Shown: piece after piece, positions 52,991 through 64,000 of the stretch
Layout of the letters: each line of letters opens with the position of its first letter
Numbering within the stretch: the stretch's first letter is position 1
Assembly (NCBI RefSeq): GCF_964355755.1
Contig: NC_092676.1
Coordinates: 7,913,888-7,977,887, forward strand
Direction: 5' to 3'
Source: Antedon mediterranea
Lineage: Eukaryota > Animalia > Echinodermata
DNA: 64,000 nt
Notes under the pieces: generated by a model
Told to the model about the DNA's origin: nothing
Database searches by the model: none
Seen by the model: only the letters and a program-made list of their open reading frames with translations
Made by a program: the position numbers and the translations under genes

Positions 52991-53730
52991 TTTTTACAGG
53001 CTTGTCTGCATATCGCAATCCTATTTAAATAGGACTACAATGTATACAAGTAGTGCCTGGATATTGCTACAGCTGCCTATGATCAGCTTTATTTATATTA
53101 TGGTTCCGTAATAATCAGGACCAGACAAGGAGGCATGTTAATGGATCATTACACAGCCTACGTTAGGTACAAGCTTGCAGGATAAGCAATGGATTCTACA
53201 CATTGTTATAAGCCAATTTATTTTAGCACATTTTTGACAAACGAGTTAAAATTATGCAAGTTGAACAGCAACGAACAGAACACAATTTCTTTAGATTATT
53301 TCGGAAGCAAGCAAAAAGGTAATACACAAATGCAATACCCTATTTACACTATGATTTACCCTTTTACTTAGTGAAATGACATAGTTTGATCATTTATTTT
53401 AGCAAAAGATGATTTTACAATAACTATATTAATAAATAATAACTACTACTATTATATTATTAATGTAACTTGTTTGCATCCTTAAATAAATGAGGTTTGC
53501 CTTCATTTCAATCCTTTAAATTTTAAAATAAAAATAATAAATAACTAGATATTTTGAAATTTTTTAAACAAAGTCAAAGGACATAGTTCAATTCTTGTGA
53601 TAACAAATATGACAGCTGTTTAATGGGATATTGAATGACAAAAATTATCATATTCATTAGACCTTGTCTACGCAATAAAGTCAGATGTATTAATGGGTTG
53701 TGTCTTTGTATAAATCTGCAGAACATGCAC

Positions 53731-54030
53731 CGGTAGTGTGGCACAGTGTCCGACTACTGATAGTGAGATTGTGGGTTCAAATCCAACTCTTGTCGCATTA
53801 CTTGTATCCTTAGGCAAGAAGACACTCTACTATACATTCACCTCGCTCCACCCAGGTGTACAAATGGGTACCTGGTTAGATCAAGACACAACTTTGAGCT
53901 GATCACAAGCTGCATCATGGGTATATGTTCCATACGTGGCCAATCCCATATTGACCAGCGTAATACAACGTACAGTGCTTGGTTTCACAACATTAGGTGC
54001 TTTATAAATCCAGGATATTATAAATTACTA
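53731..54030 (+). mobile_element. tRNA-derived SINE, near full length
   Basis: gtggcacagtg...gggttcaaatcc head; gtatccttaggcaag...ccacccaggtgtacaaatgggtacc core; AT-rich tail. Confidence 0.8.
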
Positions 54031-57000
54031 AAATTTGACGAAAACAAGCCTGTAGCCAGGATATAGGGCGGGCCTTTTTTCCACAAAAAAAGACAAACAA
54101 TCAAAATTACGTAGGCTAGTTCGGCATATTTACCACCACTTCCACTGTTACTAGTCTCTAGGTTGATAAAAGGCACTTCGGCAAAAAGAACCCCTGAAAA
54201 AATCCTGGCTAGCTACTAATTGGTAACTGAAAGCTGTTGATGAATTCAATACATTTGGTTGTAATAGTAAAATACATCATTAGATAGACTTCATGTGAAG
54301 TGTATTAAATGTATGCGAGATTACCACTTGCAGAGAGACATAGCACTTGTATCAAGGATATATTATGATAATGTCATTATAACTATAATATAGAGCCATT
54401 AGTGGATGTTGGTTTCGGTAAAACTAAGTTACGACTGTAGTGTAAGCACAGATCAGACCACTGTACCCTTAAATATCATAAATGAAGGTCCACAAATGAG
54501 AAAGTATGTTATGGCCTCAGATCTTTCGATTAATTGCCTACAATGGCTATTTTATATTGTGAATACATTTTAACAATTGAATTCTGACCTTGAGACATAT
54601 AGATTATGTAATATAAAAATTTTTATTAAAATCTACATGACAATTGAATTAAGGATATACAGCTGTCATAATTTATGTCACAAACATTCATATCCCCGGG
54701 TACAGTCCCAGTATTGACTTTTGGTCGGGGTGTAGTCCTCTCTTTAGCCAGTTAAAGATGAGTTTTTATAAGAAATGCTTAGCAATAATTTTTTTTTTTC
54801 GTGAACCAGGCTTTCCCTGGGTATACATCCCAATATGGGCCCATTTTCATTTTCTAGGGAGTGGATTAAACCAGAGGATATAATAAGGTATATAGCCTTT
54901 TTTTAAAACTTCATTATGATATTGTAGTAATATTACTGTATAGTATAGATGTAAAAATGAGAACAACCTTGAGATTATAGATTTTACTCTTACTCCATTT
55001 CCCGTTCGTCTTTCACAATCAGTCTGTTGCAGTATATATTAATCTATTACTCTTTATTAAGGTAGGCGTATGTGGCTTACAGGATACCCAAAGCCCTGCA
55101 GATATTATAGTACAGTGATTATTATAAACATTAGCCTTGCAAAGATGCATATTATAATATCTGTTACAATTGAACCTCCTGTTAAAGTTAATAAAAAAAT
55201 ATACTTAATATATTCATTTCAATAACACACCTACAATCATCATCACGTTGGTATCTAGAAATTGATATTAACACACGCATTGTGGAAAATATTGAACAAT
55301 CGAAAAAAAAAAATTAAATCTAATGAATATATACAATGATAAGGGAAAGTGTTAGGATAAATTAGGATTGGTATATAAAAAAAGGAATGGTGTGGATAGG
55401 AAATAATATTTAAAGGAATCAAACCAAAGCAATCTTTAGTCAACTTTCCAAAAATTAGACACAATAATAGGGCTTTTCCAAATTGTGTCTTGGGTTTTAA
55501 CAATTGCATTTTATTTAAGATTTTATTTGCTTGCTCATTTTGCTATAGGAAGATTGGTTTGGAAAAGTTGACCATATTTTTGTTTAAATTTAGGAAATCT
55601 ATAAATAAAAAAAAATTTTAAAATTCAGAATAGTGCTTTGTAAGAAATCCTGACCTTAGAGTGAATATTAAAGGATCAAGTGAAGATAAACCTTTAGAAT
55701 GAATGACCACTTGTAATGGTCAAGTAGTTAATGGTCAGCAGGTTGACCACAGTAGTACCATAGAGGGTGCCAATAATAAGACTGTGCTGTTGCCCAATAA
55801 AACAGTAGGTCTGATTAAAAAATGGCAAAATTTCCCACAGAAAATCTTTCCCACACCACTCCCAAAGGTTTATGAGAGCTATTTTCATATTCTGAGTTGA
55901 TCATGATGAAATTAAACAATGTGAACGTGCCAAGTGACTGATAGTGACAGCTAATAAAACCAGACAACAGAAAGACAACAAAGCAAAATAAGTATCACCA
56001 ACAAAAAAAACACATATTGAACATTATGCACAAAATTCATACTCGTACACTCTGCATGTACTAAATGTTTTAGATCTTGTTTTGAAATTACTGCATCAAT
56101 GGTTGATTACTGCAGTAAAAATGTCTAGCAGTTGGTGCTATGACCTTTTTTGCCACTCTTCACAAAATGTTCTGTTTTTTAAAAATACCGAAATCAACAA
56201 CATAAAATACCATAGGTTTTTACAGCATTTAATTGATAATAGTAACAGTTACTTAAACTGAAAGATAAGACCCAAAAAAAATAATTTTTAAAAAAGGGCT
56301 GAATTTAATCAAAATGTTATGGGTACATGCAAAGTATTTTTAAATGTTAAAAGTGACGACAGAGTACAAAATGATCCAACAAAAGGTGCCAGTAAGGCTC
56401 ACCATTCGCAAAATGAACGTGGCGCGTTTTCAGTCCAGTTACTAAAAATAAAGCAGGTGAAAAGAAAAAGTTTTAATGTTTTGTTTTTTAAAGAAATGCG
56501 TGAAAAAGAAATGATTATTAGTTTAATGATGTATTAATAAGAAATAAATATGTAAAAAAACACATGCAATTGCATAAATTGGCAAATGATATTTGGTAAT
56601 ATTACAGTGCTTATTTAAATGACATAAAATGTATAATTCCATCACATTAACAACAATACATTTGTCAACATCTATTGGATTGGATAATGAAAGAAAAACA
56701 TCATTAAAAGCATTTTATTCAAAACTTTACAAAGAGAATGTAAATTCTCAGATATTCAGCACAACTTGAGACTATTATCTGCAATATTTGTTTTAAAAAT
56801 ATGAACCGATATACTGTAAAATAAACAATATACAGTATAATTATTAAAAAACATATTGTAAAATACAATACAAATAATAAAACATAGTCAACATTAATAT
56901 GAAATGATGGGTCTGTTTGAAAATATAAGATCATAAAAAGATGTTGTTTGTTTATTGAATACATTATCAAAGTTTGTGACAAAAAAATGTGATACAAACC

Positions 57001-57720
57001 GTATGGTAGTGATATACCCAAATACGGTAGTTATTTGACATCATCATGTCCATGGGCACATCACATTTTTTTGGTCAAAGTTTGATAGTTTAAACAGAGC
57101 TTAAGTTCAGCCTGATATTAGACTGGACTAATTGAATTTGGTTAAATAGGGTGTCTTCAATTAAACTGACCAAGCTAACTGATACTTAACAACCACTTTC
57201 TGTTTAGTATAACTTTCAACATAAGGTACTAACCATGTTACTATTAAAAGTTAAAAAGTTACATCAAGGCAAAACCATGATGAAACTAAACATGTGAATA
57301 ATCCAAGTGCAAAGTACCCATGACTTAATTACTTCAATTTTTTATGTCAGTGTGAACAAGGCTTTATTCTTCAAATTTAAACTTTTAAGTATAAATTAGG
57401 TTAATTGACAAAAATAACAGGTATAGAACGTTCTGTTAATTAAAACTTAATTAATAATTACAATTAGTGGCTAGCCAGTTTAATTACAAAACGATGTCAT
57501 TTGGGTTTGGAGAATAATCGTGTAAGACAGCGTTAACCTCATTTTAATTAAAGAGGACAGGAAAGTGTCTAATCCATGTTGTAATTAGCTAATAGCATAC
57601 AAGGAGAAATGATAAACGAAACTAAAGTAACATGTGTACATCACTGTGTATATTACAAATCTTGTACCTAGGAAGCATAGAAACAGCATGATATTTAATA
57701 GGCTAGGTAGTGCCTAAAGG

Positions 57721-58541
57721 CAAAGAATATATATCACAAGAATGAGTAATCCGCGATTTTCCCTGTAACAGTAATATTGTCCATGTGGTAGGGCGCCGCC
57801 ATAAGTGTGGATGTATCTGGGATGTATACAACTTTTTGTGACGGTTTCACTAATCAAAGGCTGGACCACCGGTAGTATTTTCATGATAAAAAATCAACTA
57901 CATGCCAACATCATGTTAAATACTATTTGGATATTTAATTGTTCGTTTTATGCAATTTATTTAGTAAAAACTGTCGTATAAACAGTTTGCTTTATCAACC
58001 GGGCGATACGATAGCGTGACCGGGCGTGTTGGTGTTTAGGCGTTTTCATAAAGGATAGTTTAATAATATTCCTATATTTAACTTGTTTCTGGTAAAACAA
58101 ATAAATGTTAATGACATTTGACATTTTGTCCTATTAATAACATGTATTTTATACTAATTTATATCATAAAAACAATACTTAATTTACCGGGCGTAGAGTA
58201 GTATGCGGCAATGGTAAAGAATAGGCCGTGCTGAGTAACGATTCGTTGATTTTTGGTGTTGCTGTGTTAGGCCTTTTAGAAGCATGTTAGTAAATAATTG
58301 TCTGTAAAAGTGAATGTACACTAGTTTGTTAATAAATATGTATTATAACATAGTTTACAATTGCAAAATATATTATCATAATTCTATTTAATGTGACATG
58401 TATAATATCTATTAAATCAAGTCTTATCTAGTATGTATAAATCCGCCCTTATGAGGACGGGTATCACTCACTGGAGCTTTCTGTTACAAATTTCTCATGC
58501 AAAAATCGCGGAATACTCATTCTTGTGATATATATTCTTTG
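57721..58541. mobile_element. P-superfamily-like MITE
   Basis: ~40-bp TIR caaagaatatatatcacaagaatgagta(a/t)tccgcgatttt; CA...TG ends; perfect 7-bp TSD ctaaagg (57714-57720 / 58542-58548). Confidence 0.85.
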
Positions 58542-59297
58542 CTAAAGGTGAATGTGCAATACATAAGGAGTTTCAATTTTTTTTACATAGAAAAGAGTTA
58601 TTTACATGTCAGGTCTAAAGCTACACTATCAAACTGGTTTTTTTTCAAAAAAAGTGTGCCCAAATATGGTAATGATATGCCTAAATATGGTAGTGATATG
58701 ACATCATCATGTCCATTATATTGGTATCACATTTGTTTTTCACATAAAGTTTGATTGTGTAGACAGAGCTTTAGTTTGCTGGCACCAGCATAGTGAAAAT
58801 TCAGGGGGCATGCTTTTGATAGACTTCAGAAGACCCAGTATTAAGATCAAAGTACTTGCGCTGGTATATACACATATTAAACAGTGACAGTATGTACAGT
58901 TGAAAGAATACACAGCTCTCTACAAATTCTTCCCAGTATGACAGTAGTAAGGAACGATATAACATGCTGTTAAATATGCCATTGTCAGCATATAACCTAG
59001 ATGATGATCGTAACATGGTTGAAAAACACCATGGAACATTTATAATATAGGTTTTAGTGAAAGTCACAATGGCAACATCGCCTTGTACTGACAACCCTGG
59101 AGAGACTGCTCATCAGTGCACAGGTACCATGAGACTACTGACTTGCTAAAGATATCAATGACAGCATAGCTTTCTAATTACAGGTACCATAATGGTAGTT
59201 TGCTCTAGAATCTTGAAAACTAATAAGCTAAAGTGACTACTGACTTGCCATATGAAAGGTATCAGTGACAACATAGCTTTATGATCTGGGAAACAGG

Positions 59298-59600
59298 TTT
59301 ACTTGTTTACTTACTTACTTGTTTACTTGTTTCCGGAGCTCAGCAATGCTGGGTCCGGAGTCGAGGCTAGGCTATGCCTATAAGCCCCTCTTGATAATTA
59401 CATCAACTCTTGAATATGGCGCAAATTTAAGAGGGTGGTTGGACCATGCCCGTTCAAGACCGGACTTAAATTGATTGGTTGATCTTGAAGCTACTACATC
59501 CTCCGATAACGAATTCCATAATATAATAGCTTTTCGACCAAATGAGTCCCTCATCCAATTTGTGCGTGAGAACTTAAATTTTAATTTAAAAGAATGACCA
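59298..59600 (-). mobile_element. CR1 LINE 3' end, 5'-truncated
   Basis: Minus translation GHSFKLKFKFSRTNWMRDSFGRKAIILWNSLSEDVVASRSTNQFKSGLERAW; short 3'UTR; (GTAA)n-type tail. Confidence 0.85.
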
Positions 59601-61369
59601 CCATGATGGCATGTTGGTCTAGAATCTTGACAACTACTTTAGTGTGAATAACAAAAAAGACTACTAACCTACCCAGCTAAAGGTACAGCATCATGACAAC
59701 ACGGCTTAATGCGGACAACCCTAAAAAATAACGTTTCAACCTACAATGCTGACAACACTACTGTATGAACCGAAGATATCACACTAATCAGGCCACTAAA
59801 CAACATACAGAAAAATCTATGAAAAGACTGATTCTCTTGTAAACATAAGCTACTGATTGTAATTTGATCTTTTGACATAGGTGTCATACCTGGATCACAT
59901 TTCATAATTTACTGTTTTAAGGAAGTTTTTGATGAGCATCACTGACAGAATTAAGTAGTGAAATGTGAAAGGTTTAAAAGAAAATAGACTTTCAACTACT
60001 TAAAGAAATCAATAAAACTGGATCTGTCTTGAATCAATACTCTAGTTTTTAAGTAAGTATAGAGTGTCTTCAATAAATCACGGATTCAATTCTTGAATGA
60101 TGAAATATATTAATATTAATAACTATTTCAAATCAGAATCAGTGTAATTGTTTGATTGATTGATTGAAATATATATTTATACTGGGTAACCTCTTCAGTC
60201 AAAGACTGGTCTCCCAGAGGCCCCAGTTGGTGATCAGTGGCTGTGATGTACTAGTACACCGGGGTAACCCCCTACTCGAACCCCTGCCGATGTTATGGCT
60301 ACATAATTACGGTTCCACTCGCTCGGCCACTCACCCACTGTTTAGATTGGGTGGAGGTTTTTGTGCTTGGCTGACGTGGGCAAAGATACCACCTTTGGAG
60401 TCCTCCACCCAATCTAAAGCTTACATTTTTTTGAAGTCTTCCACACAGCTTAATTTTACCACAGCAACCACTCCAAGGGGGTGGGGATTCAAAATTTCGA
60501 AAATTGTATTATGCAAGACATAAAATTAAATTCAGAACTTCATATCAATGTTTAGGCACATTCCCCCACCTCCCGCCCTTTTTACTCGGGGTACCCGAGT
60601 CTAGGACTCTCTTATCTTCTCTTCCACCTGACAATATTGAGTAAAAAGTGCGATTTATAAAGTACTACTCCTTCCTTATTCGTTGTAGTATTGAGCTGGG
60701 ATTTGGCATGGGTATACTACAGGGACTTGTCCTCAAAGTTATAGTTTAATTTCAAACCGGATGCAGTCATCTGACGTCTCGAAGATGGTACAGTATAGCC
60801 ATATTACAGTAGTTGCAAGCTTATTGATGTGTATGTGATGTCACATCCCATCTTATGACGTCATTACAGCTTTTTTTGCTGTACCCCGAGTATCACACAT
60901 TCGTGCTTGTTTTTTCAAAATCCTGGATCAGCCGAAAACAATGTTGGGTACCTATTATTAAAAAGCACTGTTTATATTTTCCCTGCCCATCCTTATTTTT
61001 CTACACAAATCCCTAGACATCTGTACCTATATCCCTGGACATACAGTATTACAATGTGACAATAATACCGAATACTGCAATCTAGTAATGGGTTGAATTA
61101 ATGCAGTTATTACACAATGACATAGGCTCTATTGGGTATTGCAACATCAACTAAGCATAGCACACATAAATTAAAGTATCTAATGGTTATATTTTCATAG
61201 TAAAATATTCTTATAGTTATAGTGGTATTTAATATTAATGTTCTAGTGACTACAGTAGTTAAAACGCCATGCAGGCACCAATAGATGTGATGTCATCATT
61301 ATAGGATTACAATAGGCAGACCTATTAAGGGGACACTTTTCTTTGAAACAAATAAGAGGCATATCTGCA

Positions 61370-61705
61370 ACCCCTATAAAGGGAACATCCCTATAAAGGG
61401 AACACCCCTATTAAGGGAACACCCCTATTAAGGGAACACCCCTATTAAGGGAACACCCCTATAAAGGGAACACCCCTATTAAGGGAACACCCCTATAAAG
61501 GGAACACCCCTATTAAGGGAACACCCCTATTAAGGGAACACCCCTATTAAGGGAACACCCCTATTAAGGGAACACCCCTATTAAGGGAACACCCCTATAA
61601 AGGGAACACCCCTATAAAGGGAACACCCCTATAAAGGGAACACCCCTATTAAGGGAACACCCCTATAAAGGGAACACCCCTATAAAGGGAACACCCCTAT
61701 TAAGA
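61370..61705. repeat. 17-bp minisatellite (~20 copies) inside a pogo-type MITE relic
   Basis: Unit cccctat(t/a)aagggaaca, followed by the family end ttgttgggtcc...ggtgacacc...gtttcac. Confidence 0.92.
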
Positions 61706-62593
61706 GGACATTTTGTTGGGTCCTGAAGGTGACACCTGAATAGCAGTTTCACCTACATACCATAATAATTGATGAAAAGAGATCATACCTCTGATGTCCT
61801 ACACTGAAAACAAAATGTTTACACATGCTCAAGTTGTACGCATTGCTTACACATGTTCAATACATTCAATATGGTGATGCATGTGCTAAGAATCAAACTG
61901 CAACGATTAATTATCAACAATAGTTGGCTTAAAAAATACATCAAACATTGCTGTGAGTCACAACCAGTGTGTTCTAAATAAATTAAGCTACCCCTCTAAA
62001 ACAATATTTGCTCACTTTATATTCAGTAGTTGAGTCAGACATTGATGAATTTTGGTCGGTTTGGAAGCCTCTGACTGGTCACGTTCGTGTAACATTAACA
62101 TTTGGTGATAATAAGTAGTAGTCTAAAGGTCTGAAAACTGTTGATCATAGAGATATGATATAAACGGGAAGCTTAACAACATTAGCAACGCTTCTTTGTT
62201 CTATTCTAATGCTACCAAATGGAATTAGTACTAGTGACGTTATAGGTTGTTACTGCAGTAATTCAATTTACTGCAGGATCTAGACCGATTGTTTACTTGT
62301 TGTATTTAAAATTCACTAAAAAAAAGTGGTAGCTTAAAAGTACTTTTGATGCATACAGCTTAAAAAATGTACTAATTCATTTAAAATACTATACTCTTAA
62401 AGATGTATTCCAAAAAAACTTTGAATAGGCCATTTCAGTTTCAATTAATCACTTCCGTTGGAAAAAACTTTACAAAAATAATGTTTGCACTAATAAAAAG
62501 ACACAAAAAAACAGTTAAATTCAACCAAAAATCCTTTGAATTCCAGTCAATTTGACGTTAAATTACTTTTTTAGGTAAACCATTTTTTTCTTA

Positions 62594-63530
62594 CCGTATT
62601 TTCCGGAGTATAGGTCGAGACTTTGTGGGAAAATTTTAATTGCAAAATCAGGGGGTCGACTTATACTCCGACCATGCGATTTTTGAAAAAAAATCAAGCC
62701 GAAAAAATTCGTTCAAAAGCCGTCAGCTGTCAAGGCCTAGCAAGGTCAGTGGCCTATCATCAATCACTCACAGGAGTTTTCAATTTAATAATACCTACAT
62801 TGTACAAAATAATACAACTCCAACAAGTACTGGTACAAGTACTATTAATATATAACAAAGATTAATTTTGATGTTTATATTACGCTTTTATTAAAATAAT
62901 TAAGAATAAATAGTTTTCGTTTGTGTTTCATATGCTTCGTATTCACTCGCGAAAACATCGTAACACACACCACAAAACGAACTACACGATGTTGGAATGT
63001 CCATGCAGCATGTTTGTTATTGCGCGATATTTTCATCTATACACATGCGCAGTTTGTTTGTTTGTTCGTAATTACAATTACTGCGCATGTCTATTCATAA
63101 AATAAATTCTCCTCAGTCCGGCGCGTGTACATTTACAGATAACGCGATTTACAACTACTCGCCTGTACAATTAATAAGCCTCCTAACGAAAAACTCGTTT
63201 TAATTTATTCGAGTGACGCGAAAAAACATCGCTGATGGCAAGTACTGTAACGCTACATCGCTGTCATTTATTATAGGCTGGCGAAGACGGCGGCGAAGCC
63301 GTTGTGATTACGTCCGTCCGATATTGATTAGGCCTACACTTTAATAATTGTATAAACAAACAACCACATTTCATACATTTCTAGCCTTCTTTGAACTTTA
63401 AAGTAAGTTGTGTTATTAGCCGATTTTGGGGGTCGACTTATATTCAGGTCATACCAAAATCAACGATATTCTAGGTCAAAGTTGGGGGTCGACTTATACT
63501 TGGGGTCGACCTATACTCCGGAAAATACGG
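62594..63530. mobile_element. Tc1/mariner-superfamily MITE
   Basis: Perfect 25-bp TIR ccgtattttccggagtataggtcga; TA TSD; subterminal ggggtcgacttata repeats. Confidence 0.9.
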
Positions 63531-64000
63531 TATCCAATTTTTGGTCAAAGTGAATATCTATGTGACATTAAAATGGCATAGTCAAGCAAACATTTTTATT
63601 TTTCAGGGGGACAATCTTTAAAACGTGGTATTAAAGTTGCATTAACAAATAACAAAATTTCCCTTAACAGTACCTACAATCAACTGATAAAATTCTCATA
63701 TTTTCTGTCAAAAGTATCACAATACACACTGAAAATAAATGTTATTTATAGATGTACATTATGTATGGCAAAGTCTCCTGAGGCTGAGACAGTCACTTAG
63801 TATTGCTGTTGATGAAATACTCTTTCAAACTCACAAAAACAAAACTATGAAATGAAATCTAGCAGCTGAAATCAGTGAATAATGTAGACAATAAATGACA
63901 TGAAAAGCAGTAGTCATTTTAACATTAATGTATTCATTTATGATGTTCTAATGTTTTCAGCAAATAAGACATTACTACAATATTAGAATATTTTATTACG

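Noticed and set aside
52488-53111. Heptad-repeat ORFs (KPGPIFG / RTRLPKY)
   Set aside because: A 21-bp minisatellite open in several frames, with no splice signals or domain context.
54030-64000. Further upstream exons or promoter of the MAP7-family gene
   Set aside because: No convincing exon found by eye; the short ORFs here look like random AT-rich or TE sequence.

Overview
AT-rich, repeat-dense animal genomic DNA; the repeat types suggest a marine invertebrate deuterostome, but the taxon cannot be confirmed from sequence. Host genes: (1) a complete 4-exon mago nashi gene (+, 21030-23841, 150 aa); (2) a convergent multi-exon MAP7/ensconsin-family gene (-, last exon near 26826, most upstream exon found 52161-52235, 5' end not found) with a ~3.2-kb acidic extension that an internal donor can skip; (3) two tandem-duplicated, partly frameshifted C2H2 zinc-finger exons (-, 6807-10270 and 12489-14691) built as an 84-bp minisatellite. 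Each ZF copy is cut off by a Rex1/Babar-like LINE fragment and followed by a ~116-nt fold-back hairpin made of ZF sequence. The rest is mostly transposon material: CR1-group LINEs, a degraded PIF/Harbinger transposase, a three-level nest (ISL2EU-like > piggyBac-like > hAT), a THAP/P-type transposase remnant with a probable P excision footprint, two Helentron/DINE-like elements, SINEs, MITEs and minisatellites. The best leads are the ZF-derived hairpins (possible family-wide small-RNA source) and a MAP7 intron whose donor (x5) and acceptor (x3) are both tandemly multiplied. All family calls come from reading motifs by eye; no database search was run.
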